Source: Mobula hypostoma (taxonomy: Eukaryota). Taken from it: 64,000 bases of DNA. The stretch covers positions 27,778,001 through 27,842,000 of the forward strand of contig NC_086108.1 of assembly GCF_963921235.1 (NCBI RefSeq), read 5' to 3'. The notes below the pieces were generated by a model that worked only from the letters and a program-made list of their open reading frames with translations, was not told where the DNA came from and made no database searches. The translations under genes and the position numbers were made by a program. Shown here in pieces: positions 50,950 to 64,000 of the stretch (position 1 is the stretch's first letter; the number at the start of each line of letters is the position of its first letter).

Positions 50950-52190
50950 TGAATCAGAATCAGGTTTAACATCACTGACATATGTCATGAAGTTTGTTGT
51001 TTTGCACTGCAGTACATGAAAATCATATAAATTACAATAAGAAATATATATTTAAAAATAAATTAAGTAAGTAGTGCAAAAAGAGAGCAAAAATTGTGAA
51101 GTAGTGTTCACAGGTCCATTGTTTATTCAGAAATCTGATGGCAGAGGAGAAGGAACTGTTGCTAAAACATTGAGTGTGTGTCTTCAGATCCTGTATCTTG
51201 TAGTTGATGGTAGTAATAAGAAGAGGACATGGCATGGATGATGAAGCATGCCACCTTTTCTGAGGCTTTGCCATTTCAAGATGTACCTGATGTTGGGGAG
51301 GGAAGTGCCCATGGTGGAGCTGGCCGAGTTTGCAAAGCTCTGTGTCTTTTTCAGATGCTGTGCGGTGGACCCTCCATAGCAGATGGTGATGCAACCAGTT
51401 AGAAGGCTCTTCACAGTACATCTGTAGAAGTTTGCTAGAGTCTTCGGTGACATACCAAATCTCCTGAAACTCCTAATGAAATATAGCCACAGATGCGGCT
51501 TCTTTGAAATCGCAGCAATATGTTGGGCCCCAAGATAGAACTTCAGAGACGTTGACACCCAGGAACCTGAAACTGCTCACCCTTTCCTTTGCTGACCCCT
51601 TGATGCGGACTGGTGTGTGTTCTTGTGACTTCCTCTTCCTGAAGTCCACAGTCAATTCCTTGCTTTTACTGAATTTGAGTGCAAAGTGTCCTTGTGACCC
51701 TACTCAACCAGCCGATCTTTCTCACTTCTGTACACCTATTCATCACCATCTGAGATTCTTCTAACAATAGTTGTGCCATCTGCAAATTTATAGGTAGCAT
51801 TTGAGCTGTGGCTAACCACACCGTCATGGGTGTAGAGAGAGTGAGCAGTGGGCACAGCTCACATTCTTGAAGTGTGCCAGTGTTGGTTGTCAGTGAGAAG
51901 GAGATGTTATTTCTGATATTCACTGACTGTGGTCTCCTGATGAGGAGGTCAAGAATACAGTTGCAGAGGGATGAACAGAGACCTAGGCTTTGAACCTTGT
52001 TGATTAGTACTGAGGGGATGATGGTGTTGAATGCTGAACTGACATAGGAATTGGTGTTTTCCAGATGATCCAATGTTGAGTGGAGAGCCAGTGAGATTCC
52101 ATGTGCTGTAAACCTATTGTGGGGGTAAGTAAATTAACCGGTCCAAATCCTCACTTTGGCAGGAGTTAATTCTAGCCATGACCAACCTCT
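50950..52190 (-). mobile_element. Rex1/Babar-type LINE 3' portion
   Basis: Peptides SSAFNTIIPS..LCNCILD and LRRFGMSPKTLANFYRCT-like. Confidence 0.85.
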
Positions 52191-52969
52191 CAACAGCACA
52201 ATGAACTCAAATTGAATTGAGTTTTGCTTTGGCCCTGATAACAAGGAATATGGATCTTACCAATCCTTCTGAAATGGAATCATAGAATCACCTATTTCTG
52301 ACATGGCACTGACATGTGAACCTGAGATACATTTTCAGGAAAGGTATAGCAATCTGCTCGTAAGCTGCCTCTATTTTGTTGTCCCTTGGCAGATCGAACA
52401 GGTGCAGCCTGCCAGCAAGTCTACCAATTGAAAACACGCCTGATAGGTATTGCCACGTGTGACCACAAATATTCCTGCTAGGAAATCCTCTCAGCACACA
52501 GCAGTCTAACTTTACAAGTGATACGCTTTGTTCATTGCAGGACCTGAGAGTTGCTTGAAAGCTCAGAGAAACATTAACTGCTCATAGTCAGGGATGATCC
52601 CAATGCTGAAACACAATGAGTCTTCGTGGCTAGACTGAATTGATTTTTCAATGAGTATAAGCTGAATTATAAGTTTTTAAACTAGGTAATGGAAGTAGAT
52701 CATAATCTACTCTGTCTTATTCCTTAATGTTCATTATTACCTCTTGTTTCTTGCTATTTTGATTCCTAATACTTTCCTCGCAGTGTTTCAATCGCTCCTT
52801 TCTTTCCACATCATTAATGACCTTCAGTTGTCTGACCATATTTTTGGGATTCCCTCATTAAATACCTCCAACTTTCTACTTCTCCTTCTCCTTGGAGATC
52901 TACAAAGTTAATGAACCCCTTATGAAATCATTATGCCTCTGCAAAACATTTTATCTATTTTGGATATTT

Positions 52970-53260
52970 AGAGATGCAGCACAAAATAGGCCCTTCCGGC
53001 TCGTCAAGCCAGGCTGTCCCAGCAACACCTGACACCCCCGATTTAACCCTAATCTAATCGCAGGACAGCTTACAATGACAAATTAGCCTATCTGGTGCAC
53101 CTTCGGACTGTGGGAGGAAACGGGAGCACCCGGAGAATGCCCATGCATTCCACAGGGAGAGCATACAGAGACGCCTTTCAGAGGACGCCTGTTTTGAACT
53201 CCAAACTCCAAAGCCTTGAGCTGTGATAGTGTCTTGGTAACTACTACACTACCGTGACAC
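52970..53260 (-). mobile_element. V-SINE (HE1-like)
   Basis: TTCGGACTGTGGGAGGAAACGGGAGCACCCGGAG is the reverse complement of the V-domain. Confidence 0.75.
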
Positions 53261-53892
53261 CCAAATGTGGTGTTTGGCTGGGTCAACATTCATGTACATA
53301 TCAGGCTTTTCTTATAATGGTACATTTCATGAATATAAAGCTCAGGGAATAATCTTACAAATAAACAAGTTAGAGTGAGACTCAATAGGCCAAGATTCCT
53401 TCTTTTTTTTGTTCCATTTAGCACCTAAAATCAACAGCATAGGGAAGCTGGATTAACATTGAATAGAAGATTGCTCGTACAACACAGTAAATCTCTTCTA
53501 ATTAAGGACAACTACTCATGCTTTTTGATTCAACGACTCTTCCATGACATCGTAAGAACAAACTGTTCAAAGGAAATCAACTTAATGTACAATAGATCTG
53601 GACAAAAGTATAAAGAATTTGAGAGATAGAGTCATTAAATAATACATAATGCAAAGAGGCGGTCGCTGCATTATACATTGAAGCATAAATCATGTGGTCT
53701 ATAGTTTTGAGAAAAGAATATTTTGTCAATGTACTCAGGTATCAAAATTGAGCCATTACCTGAGGCATTCTCAAATATTTCCGAAAACAAAACGAATCAG
53801 AAAAATCAGGATCAGATTTTTTATCACTATGTCATGGCATTTATAGTATTCTGGCAGTAGTACAGAGTAAGACATCAAAAAAATACTACAAT

Positions 53893-54120
53893 CGTCATCA
53901 CTATGTGCTGTGTCATATGACATGGTCAATCACACTCTTCCATCTGATTTTAATCTGAGTTCTAATAAGCTCTTCAAAACTTTTGCTTGTCCATCCCTCG
54001 ATGTAACTCATGGATGTTATGAGCTGTCCAGCATGACTTTTACTTCCAGCAATTTTTCCTGTCACTGCAAGACATTCAAGTTTCTCTTTCCTCAGTATAT
54101 GCCCCAGAAATTCCAGCTGG
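53893..54120 (-). mobile_element. RTE-clade LINE 3' end
   Basis: QLEFLGHILRKEKLECLAVTGKIAG (ORF 53913-54167). Confidence 0.75.
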
Positions 54121-54199
54121 TAATAAATAAATAATGTGAATAAAAGGAATAACAAGGTAGCATTCATGAATTCACGAACTTTTCAGAAATGTATTATTA

Positions 54200-55625
54200 A
54201 GGGTGAGGTTTTGCAGTACTTGGAGACTAATGACAAAGTAAGTCAAAATCAGCATGGTTTCTGGAAAGGGAAGTTGTGTCTGACAAATCTGTTAGAGTTC
54301 TAGGAAGGAGCATGCAGGGTGGACAAAGGAGAGGCAGTGGATGTCACTTGCTTGGATTTTTAGAAGGCATTTCATAAGGTGCCACACAAGGCTGCTTAAC
54401 AAGATGAAATCCTTTGGCATTAAAGGAAAGGTACTAGGATGGACAGAGGAATGGCTGACAGGCAGTGAGTGGGAATAAGTGGACCTTTTCTGATTGGCTG
54501 CCGGTGACGTGTGGTGTTCCGCGGGACAGTATTGGGACTGCTAGTTTTCACAATGTTTGTTAATGATTTGGATAATGGAACTGAGGGCTTTGTGGCAAAG
54601 TTTTCAGATTGTACAAAAATAGGTGGAGGGGTAGATATTGCTAAGGAAATAATGCAATTGCAGCAGCGCAGACAAATTGGAAGAATGGACAAAAAAGTGG
54701 CAGATGGAATACAGTATTGGGAAGTGTACGATAATGCTTTTTGGTAAGAGGAGCAATAGTGCAGACTATTATCTAAATGGAAAGAAGATTCAAAAATCAG
54801 AGGTGCAAAGGGACTTAGGAGTCCTCGTGCAGGACTCCCAGAAGGTTAATTTGCAGCTTGATTCTGTGGTAAAGAAGGCAATGTTGGCATTTATTTCAAG
54901 GGGAATAGAATATAGAAACATAGAAACATAGAAAACCTACAGTACAATACAGGTCTTTCAGCTCACAATGCTGTGCCGAACATGTACTTACTTTAGAAAT
55001 TACCTAGGGTTACCCATAGCTTTCTATAAAAGCAATGAGATAATGCTGAGCCTGTATAAGACACTAGTTATGCTGCACTTGGAGTATTGTCAGCGGTTTT
55101 GGGCCCCATGTTCCAGAAAAAAATGTGTTGTCATTGGAGAGAGTCCACAGGAGGTTCATAATGATGATTCCAGAAGTGAAAGGGTTAACATATGAGGAGT
55201 GTTTGGCAGCTTTGGGCCTGTGCTCACTGAAATTTAGGAAATTGTTGGGGGATCTCATTGAAACCTACCAAATATTGAAAGGACTAGATAGGGTGGATGT
55301 GGAGAGGATGTTTCCTCTGGTGGGGGTATCCAAAACTAGATACAGCCTCAAAATTGAGCTTTTAGAACAGTGGTAAGGAGTAATGATTTTTTAGCCAGAG
55401 AGTAGTGAATCTGTGGAATGCTCTGCCGCAGACTGCTGTGGAGGCAAGTCCGTGTGTATATATAAGCCGGAAGTTGATAGTTTCCTGATCGTCAAGAGCA
55501 TCAAAGGATATGGTGAGAAGGCAGGTATAGGGTTGAATGGGATCCAGGATCAGCCATGATGGAATGGTGGAGCAAACTCAAAAGGCTGAATAGACTAATT
55601 CTCCTCCTATGTCTTATGGTCTTAT
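54200..55625 (+). mobile_element. CR1-clade LINE RT/3' end, with a small nested insert at about 54911-55025
   Basis: Peptides GTVLGLLVFTMFVNDLD..KFSDCTKIGG and GDLIETYQILKGLDRVD. Confidence 0.9.
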
Positions 55626-55629
55626 TTTC

Positions 55630-56130
55630 TAAATCTGATGGTGGAGAGGAGGAAGCTGTTCCTTAAGTATTATGGGTCCTCAGACTCCAGTACTTCCTCC
55701 CTGATGGTAATAATGAGAAGAGGGCATGTTCTGGATGGTGAGGGCCCTTAATGAGGCTCCAAATTCAAAGATGGCCCAGATGGTGGGGAGGGTTGTACCA
55801 GTGATAGAACTGTCTGAGTCTACAACTCACAGTCGCCTCCTTTGATCCTTTATGTTGGAGCTTCCATAGCAGAAATGTCAGAATTATCTCCATCACACAA
55901 CAGTGGAAATTTGCTAGAGTCTTTGGTGACATACCAAATCTTCTCAAACTTCAAATGTAGCTGGTGATGTGCCTTCTTTGTGAGGTTATCAATGTGACGG
56001 CCCAAGATTAGATTCTCTGAGATGTTGACACTCGGGAACGTGAAGCTGCTCGCTCTTTCCACCATTGACCCCCTCAATGAGGATTGGCATGTGGTTTCCT
56101 GATTTCCCCTACCTGAAGTCCACAATCAGT
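55630..56130 (-). mobile_element. Rex1/Babar-type LINE fragment
   Basis: Peptides VERASSFTF and RRFGMSPKTLANF. Confidence 0.8.
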
Positions 56131-56916
56131 TCCTATACAGGTTAAGTCATTCCAATTTCTATAAATTTGTTTTGTGAAAGAATACTAACTGGATGAACTA
56201 CAAAGGAATGGTTAACAGTGGGATGCTTTTTGCAAAAACACTTCTCAAATTTGACAGTAAATGTGAAGGATGAATTTGTGGGAAATAGTTCTAATTGGCT
56301 GAGACTCGAAACATCCCTTCTCATACATAGACTTTGAACAATTCCAGCTTTGTATTCTTCTCTCTCATTCTTCTCTCTCTTTCTCTCTCTGTCTTTCAAA
56401 TGTCTAATACATATTTCGAAGGGTTCTTATTATGAAACTATAGTGAAGTAAGCCCATTTAGCCTGGCACTGCAATAGGTAGAAAAATCATGTTTATTTAA
56501 TGTGTACAATTTGTTGAGTAACTGATGACACTGTGGCTAATACTGTAAATTATTGTCTTAAATTGCCAAGCATAATGTTTGGGTGCATTCAAGCTTGCAT
56601 TGAAAGCAAAGAGATGCAAATGTGATTGTCCTTCTCTGTGAAAGTGAAAATTGTACACCTAGTTTCGCCCACTGAAAAGGGATTTAGTACTCATTAGCAA
56701 CATGATTCAGAAAGTAGTTTTAATACATAAATGCACAGCAGGTCAGGTTACACCTGTAGATAGAGAAGCATAATTAATATTTCAAGTCAAAGGTCCTTCA
56801 TTAAGGTTTCACTGAATATTCCTAGCATATTACAGAGTTATAGAGTTACAAAATATACTGAATGGAAACAACTTTTGTCCATCAAGTATGCACTGACCAT
56901 CGATTTTACACTAATC

Positions 56917-58575
56917 CAGAGGTTCCCCACCTGGGGTCCACAGATGCCTCAGTTAATGGTAGAGGTCCAAGGCATAAACATAGAAACATAGAAACATAGA
57001 AAATAGGTGCAGGAGTAGGCCATTTGGCCCTTCGAGCCTGCACGGCCATTTATTATGATCATGGCTGATCATCCAACTCAGAACCCCGCCCCAGCCTTCC
57101 CTCCATACCCCCTGACCCCTGTAGCCACAAGGGCCATATCTAACTCCCTCTTAAACATAGCCAATAAACTGGCCTCAACAGTTTGCTGTGGCAGAGAATT
57201 CCACAGATTCACCACTCTCTGTGTGAAGAAGTTTTTCCTAATCTCGGTCCTAAAAGGCTTCCCCTCTGTCCTCAAACTGTGACCCCTCGTTCTGGACCTC
57301 CCCAACATCGGGAACAATCTTCCCGCATCTAGCCTGTCCAATCCCTTTAGGATCTTATACGTTTCAATCAGATCCCCCCTCAATCTTCTAAATTCCAATG
57401 AGTACAAGCCCAGTTCATCCAGTCATTCTTCATATGAAAGACCTGCCATCCCAGGAATCAATCTGGTGAACCTTCTTTGTACTCCCTCTATGGCAAAGAT
57501 GTCTTTCCTCAGATTAGGGGACCAAAACTGCACACAATACTCCAGGTGTGGTCTCACCAAGGCCTTGTACAACTGCAGTAGTACCTCCCTGCTCCTGTAC
57601 TCGAATCCTCTCGCTATAAATGCCAGCATACCATTCGCCTTTTTCACCGCCTGCTGAACCTGCATGCCCACTTTCAATGACTGGTGTATAATGACACCCA
57701 GGTCTCGTTGCACCTCCCCTTTTCCTAATCGGCCACCATTCAGATAATAATCTGTTTTCCTATTTTTGCCACCAAAGTGGATAACTTCACATTTATCCAC
57801 ATTAAATTGCATCTGCCATGAGTTTGCCCTCTCACCCAAACTATCCAAGTCACCCTGCATCCTCTTAGCATCCTCCTCACTGCTAACACTGCCACCCAGC
57901 TTCGTGTCATCCGCAAACTTGGAGATGCTGTATTTAATTCCCTCATCCAAGTCATTAATATATATTGTAAACAACTGGGGTCCCAGCACTGAGCCTTGCG
58001 GTACCCCACTAGTCACCGCCTGCCATTTCGAAAAGGTCCCGTTTATTCCCACTCTTTGCTTCTTGTCTGCTAATCAATTCTCCACCCACACCAATACCTT
58101 ACCCCCAATACCGTGTGCTTTAAGTTTGCACACTAATCTCCTGTGTGGGACCTTGTCAAAAGCCTTTTGAAAATCCAAATATACCACACCCACTGGTTCT
58201 CCCCTATCCACTCTAATAGTTACATCCTCAAAAAATTCTATGAGATTCGTCAGACATGATTTTCCTTTCACAAATCCATGCTGACTTTGTCCGATCATTT
58301 CACCGCTTTCCAAATGTGCTGTTATCACATCCTTGATAACTGACTCCAGCAGTTTCCCCAGCACCGACGTTAGGCTAACCGGCCTATAATTCCCTGGTTT
58401 CTCTCTCCCTCCTTTTTTAAAAAGTGGGGTTACATTAGCCACCCTCCAATCCTCAGGAACTAGTCCAGAATCTAACGAGTTTTGAAAAATTATCACTAAT
58501 GCATCCACTATTTCTTGGGCTACTTCCTTAAGCACTATAGGATGCAGACCATCCTAAAATGTTTGTAAACCCTTG
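56917..58575. mobile_element. Small hAT MITE (about 80 bp of its own sequence) split by a CR1
   Basis: Ends CAGAGGTTCCCCACC / TGTTTGTAAACCCTTG; perfect 8-bp TSD CACTAATC (56909-56916, 58576-58583). Confidence 0.75.
56978..58554 (-). mobile_element. Young 5'-truncated CR1 LINE (RT)
   Basis: ORFs 58074-58535, 57423-58052 and 57078-57407 share one frame, broken by only two stops. Motifs YLDFQKAFDKVPH, SGVPQGSVLGP and KFADD. Confidence 0.95.
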
Positions 58576-58809
58576 CACTAATCCTACATGAATCCCCTTT
58601 ATTCTCTCCACTTTCTCTTCACCTCTCCCCAGATTCTACAACTCACTCTCACATCAAGGGACATTTACAGTGGCCAATTGACCTGCTGACCCCCAGGACT
58701 TTGAGATGTGGGAGGAAACTAGAGCCCCTGAAGAAACCCACACATCATAGTGCAAATATGCAAAGTCCACAGGAGGTCGGGACTGAAGCTGGGACTTCCT
58801 GTTTTTATA

Positions 58810-59625
58810 ATCATCCACTTTGGAAGGAATAATAGAAGAGCAGATTATTATTTAAATGGTGAAAGATTGCAACATGATGTTGTACAGAGGGACTTGGGGT
58901 GCTTGTGCATGAATTGCAAGAAGCTGGCTTGCAGGTGCAACAGGTTATTAAGAAGGCAAATGAAATGTTGGCCTTCATTGCTAGGGGAATTGAATTCAAG
59001 AACAGGGAGGGCATGCTGCAACTATACAGGATACTGGTGAGGCTGCACCTAGAGTACTGTGTGCAGTTCTGGTCTCCATACTTGAGGAAGGATATACTGA
59101 CTTTGGAGGCAGTGCAGAGGAGGTTCACCAGGTTGATTCCAGGGATGAAGGGGTTAACCTATGAGGGGAGATTGAGTCGCCTTGGACTATACTCTCTGGA
59201 GTTCAGAAGAATGAGAGGGGATCTTATAGGAACATACAACATTTTGAAAGGGATTGATAAGATAGAAGTAGGAAAGTTGTTTCCATTCGTAGGTGAGACT
59301 AGAAATAGGGTACATTGCCTCAAGATTCAGGGAAGAAGATTTAGGATGGAGATGAGGAGAAACTGTTTTTCTCAGAGAGTGGTGAATCTGTGGAATTCTC
59401 TGCCCAGGGAAACAGCTGGGACTTCTTCACTAAATATATTTAAGGAACAGTTAGATAGGTTTTTACATAATAAGGGAATTAAGGGTTATGGGGGAAAGGC
59501 ACAGGTGGAGCTGAGTTTACGGACAGATCAGCAGTGGTCTTATTGAATGGTGGGGCAGGCTCGTTGGGCCGGATGGCCTACTCCTGCTCGCTCCTATTTC
59601 TTATGTTCTTATGTATGTTCTTATA
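58810..59625 (+). mobile_element. CR1 LINE 3' end
   Basis: ORF 58899-59546 contains HLEYCVQFWSPY..FSQRVVNLWNSLP; (TTCTTATG)n tail. Confidence 0.92.
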
Positions 59626-59949
59626 ATAGATTTCCAGCATCTGCAGGTGTTTTATTATTTTAAATCTCACTTGCTACAATATCATGGTCAACCGTTAATC
59701 AGTCATTGATTCTGTGGTACAAACAGGCAGGCCAAAAAGGTGAAGTAGGTGCTTGACAACTGCTCTCTGGGAGTTTGAGCGAACTCCTTTAGCAGTTTTA
59801 ACAGATGTTCAATGGAATACCCATAATTACTGGGTCACAGATTATACGAAGCTATAATGTATAGCTAAAGGACCAATCACAACTGACTAAAGGTATTCAA
59901 TTAAAGCCCTTCTTTGAGTTACGTGAGCAGGTGTTTTCTGTTTAGACTG

Positions 59950-60270
59950 GAATACGATACAACACAAGTTCCATTGACTCAGCTAGCACAGAAACAGGCC
60001 CGTCACCACACCAACCACACATTTAAACTAATCCTACACTATCCTCTCCACACTTCCATCAACTTCACCCAATTTCACTACTCATCCCATACGCTGCCGA
60101 GTATGTCACCCACCAATCCTCCCCTCTTTGGGATATCCGAGGGAATATTCATGCAGTCACAGTGAAACTGTATATTTCTACAGAGATAGCACCAGAATTC
60201 AGGATCAAACCCAGGTCACTGGAGCTGTGAGACAGCAGCTTGACCAACTGCATCTCTGTGCTACCCAGCA
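59950..60270 (-). mobile_element. Degenerate V-SINE-like element
   Basis: Similar layout to 58576-58800; ends GATCAAACCCAGGTCACTGGAGCTGTGAGACAGCAGC. Confidence 0.6.
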
Positions 60271-63109
60271 CCGTGTTGAGGTATGGAACCAAGTCACTAC
60301 GGAATCAAGGAGGACAGAACAGAATCTCATCAGGGATAGGCTGCAGAGATGGATGGTCTTGGGGAAGTCCAGGTGTTCAGGGTCTTCCTGCATGTTGTGT
60401 GGGTTAATTACCTCAGAGGAACAGCATCTTCTGCATGTAAAAGGCACAACTACATTGACAGGCAAGCGTAGAAAGTCAAAGTAAGATGTAGTTGCATGAT
60501 TTTCCTGTTGCTATGGAGATGGGTACTGGAGGGCAGTGAGGGGTAGATGGTTGTGATCCCTGATTCTAGGCCAAGGATCCCGAGGAAGTCCAGTTCAATA
60601 TGAGGTGCAACTCCCAACTTTCCCAGGATTTTGATATATGGGAAAGTGTCTTAAGGCGGGGTACTGAATGAGTAGAGGATTGGTGGCCATTTCTTAGGTC
60701 ACCCTGAGGATGGTAAGTATCTGGAATGTTTTCCCTGAGAGAGTGGTATGACCAAAATCACTGACAGTATTTAGTAGGTGTTTAGATGAGAACTTAAATT
60801 GCCTAGGCATAGAAGTTTGTGGATCAAGTGCCTGAAAATGGGATTCATACAGTTGGGTATCCAGTGGTCAGCATGTTTGTGGTGTGCTGAGGGACCTGCT
60901 TCATGTTAAATGACTCCACTGTGTAACACTATTAAACACAGAGGTAATAAAGTTGAGATCAATTGACATTAGAATTAAGACTTTTAAAATTTTACTATCT
61001 CATCATTCCACAGTCGGGTTTAACATAGAGTCCACAGAAAATCTATCTGCTCTGTTTTAGGTTCACATGCTTTCACCACATCCAATACATATCAGTCTGA
61101 TGTGGGATCAGTAAAGTCACAAAACTCTTCACCGTGGTTCATCATGATGGTGCATGCTGGGATGTAACCAATTAAAAGTAGAGCAGATAGCTGGCTTACA
61201 TGGTGATTTCCTTATTGGTCGGTTCGACTGGACCACCTCATTCTTGAGGGCATTGGCGTGAGGAATTATTTGGCAAATCTCCAGGATCCATCACTGTTTC
61301 ACTGCTCTGTTAACAATGTATTCTGCTAACTTTCCAAGTTCAAACATCTTATTGATGAGTTTACAAGAGAGAGCTGCAATAGCTCCCAAGTGACAATCCC
61401 ACTGACCTCAGAACAGCTGGTGGCCTTTCTTATCACATTCTCCTGGATAGCAAATACTGGGAGAATCTCAGTAAAAAGCACAGTGAGCGAATCTAACTAA
61501 TGTTGAGTAAACTGTTGTAATCTACTTTACTTTATGTAAATACCTATTATGAATTACATTAAAATGTTTACATTATTATGGAATTTAGCACGATTTAGTT
61601 AGAGGCCACCATGTCATGAAGTAGTCTACCAGTTTCAAACTATCTAATTTGATATTTCTAAATATAAATTTCAATATTTGGTTTAACTTTCCTTAACTAA
61701 CTACAACTGTAAGATAAATGGTTGTAAGCTACCCTAATTTATGTAAAGAATTGTTCAGAATCACTTTGAAATGTTAATTTCATTGTAAAATTTAAATGTG
61801 TTTTGTTACAGGCCACCATATCACAAGGATGCAAACTGAGCAGCATACCTCTCTGGAAAACATTTGTAAGTGTTGACATGATCTATCTAAACACAGCACC
61901 ACAATATATAGATGAATAGTTAAACCAGTTTGTGATGAACAATTTTATTTTCTTCTTGTTCTTAGGTAATTGCTCAAAGTCGAAGATAATTTACTTCCAC
62001 TCCAGTTCTGTGGAGTCTGTGGTCACTAAGGTGCACTCCACCAACTCACTCTTTCCTAAAGCAGGAGATGTTTGAAAGAGTGGCTACCTGGGAATGGGTA
62101 CAATTCTTCTGCTACTTACACTGAGATTCTGCATTCTCCCACCACATGTATTGAGGTTCTTAATGCCATCCTGACTGGTGCCACTCAAGTGATCATTGAC
62201 CAGGGATTCCCATGAGCAATGTAAGTCTGACTACATCAATGGAGAGTAAGGTGGAATTAATATTTCAGTTTGGTAATTCTAGGGAAGGGGCATAATACCG
62301 TGATTTTGTTTCATTCTCCATAAGAACTGCCAGACAATTCTAATTTTTCATTTGCTATTACTTAAGCATTTTAATGCAAATTCCCAATCTGCCCAAAGTT
62401 GTTCCAAGTCATAGAACATCCTCTTTTCCTGCTCTACAGACATTCACTGACAAGGTAGTGGAAGTAAATTGCAGAATAGCTTACAAAATGTTAATGTAGC
62501 CCAAAGCCTTCCTGACGTGCAAATCTTCTTTCATTTCCACAAACCTAACTCATAGCTTGGTCCTGGACCTTGCAAGCAGTCTAAAGAAAACTATCTTCCC
62601 ATGTACATGAATTACTTGGACACATTTTTCATGAATTCTATTTCCTTCCTACTGAAAAAGATCCATTTTCTTCACCTCTGGCTCAGGTATTTGTAACCAA
62701 CCTTCAAATCCACACACAGTTCCCATTCCTGAAATTACCTCTTGTTTTCCCATTGTATATGTCTATAAATAGTAACATCTTAGTTGCGGGGGTATTCATA
62801 CTTTGCCCCATGCTAGACAGTGCTCAGTTCTCACTCTCCTCCTTGATTTATAATGGCCTTCTGTTAATAAATGCCCTTAAAGGAAAAATTTCACTTGACT
62901 TCAATAGTCTTTGGTCTCCCCAACTCCTGCAGCTTCATAATTCCACATCACAACCATCAGTTCAATTCTGCTGCATGGTGAAAACTCCCTTAAACCACAA
63001 TTTCGTTGGAAAGCATTAGATATATCATTCAGTTACACATTTTAGAGAAGTACATAACTGGAACTGAAATAAAGGTGGAATGTACTGAAGATAACTTTGC
63101 CGTTCAGGC

Positions 63110-64000
63110 AGCACCTGTGGAGAGAATACCCAAGGTGGTGCTTTTGGTCCTGTGTAGTAGCACCCTACCACCCCTACCCCCCATACCAGACAGTGATGCA
63201 ACCAGTAAGAATGATCTCCATAGTACATCTATAGAAGATTTTAGTTGATAAGCCAAATCCCTTCAAACTCCAAAAGAAATATAGCCGCTGTCTTGTCTTC
63301 TTTGTAGCTGCATGGATATGCTGGAAACAGGCTAGGTCCTCAGAGATCTTGACACCCAGGAACTTAAAATTGCTCCCTCTCTCCAATTCAGTCCCTCTAT
63401 GAGGATTTCTTCATGTTCCCCTGTTTCCCCTTCCTGAAGTCCACAATTATCTCTTTTGTCTTACTGACAGTGAGTGCAAGATTGTTGCTGTGACGCCACT
63501 CAACTAGCTGGTATACCTTGCTCCTGTACGCCCTCTCATCACCATCTGAGCTCCTACCAACAATGATTGTATCATCAGCAAATCTATGGATGGTACTTGA
63601 GCTATACCTAGCCATACAGTCATAGGTGTAGAGGGAGTAGAGCAGTGGGCTAAGCACACACCCCTGAGGTGCACCTGTGTTGATCGTCAGTGAGGAGGAG
63701 ATATTTCCAATCCACACAGATTGTGGTCTTCTGGTTAGGAAGTCAAGGATCCAGTTGCAGAGGGAGATTATTGATCAGGACTGTGGGAATGATGGTGTTA
63801 AACAGCAAGCCATAGTCAATGATCAGCATCTTGACATAGATGTTTATATTGTTCAGGCGATCTCAGTCCGTGTGAACAGCCATTGAGATTGTTCCTGCTG
63901 TAGACCTATTGTGGTGATAGGCAAATTGCTGTGGGTCCAGGTTCTTGCTGAGGCAGGAGTCCATTCTAGCCAAAACCAACCTCTCAAAGCATTTCATCAC
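63110..64000 (-). mobile_element. Rex1/Babar-type LINE RT fragment, continuing beyond the window
   Basis: Peptide [37 protein letters not shown]. Confidence 0.9.

Noticed and set aside
52288..52497. Unique-sequence ORF and nearby acceptor at about 52392
   Set aside because: No recognisable domain and only a weak donor.
1..64000. Prokaryotic systems (operons, CRISPR arrays, defence islands)
   Set aside because: The sequence is vertebrate repeat-rich DNA, with no repeat-spacer array or gene-dense region.

Overview
This is eukaryotic DNA, not prokaryotic. The repeat content (CR1/HER1-type LINEs, HE1-like V-SINEs, Rex1/Babar, L1/Tx1, RTE and abundant Penelope-like elements) points to a cartilaginous fish, probably a ray; this is inference. 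The window is repeat-dense and looks intergenic or intronic. I could not recognise any host protein-coding gene, and almost every interpretable ORF in the track is a transposon fragment. Main observations: (1) a 5' half of an unusual retrovirus-like provirus on the minus strand (about 46957-49610), with a 557-bp LTR, tRNA-Leu PBS, leader splice donor, Gag with two zinc knuckles, DTG protease and RT start, nested in a gag-only Gypsy that itself interrupts a second Gypsy pol; (2) many Penelope-like pseudo-LTRs carrying minimal type I hammerhead ribozymes, repeatedly arranged as inverted pairs; (3) a Charlie/MER1-like hAT deletion derivative with a perfect 8-bp TSD; (4) two solo LTRs, a deleted Mag-type Gypsy and several nested insertions with readable TSDs; (5) an isolated 21-bp-stem hairpin in unique sequence, plus a few weak candidate exons. 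Family names come from recalled motifs, not database searches, and element boundaries without TSDs are approximate.
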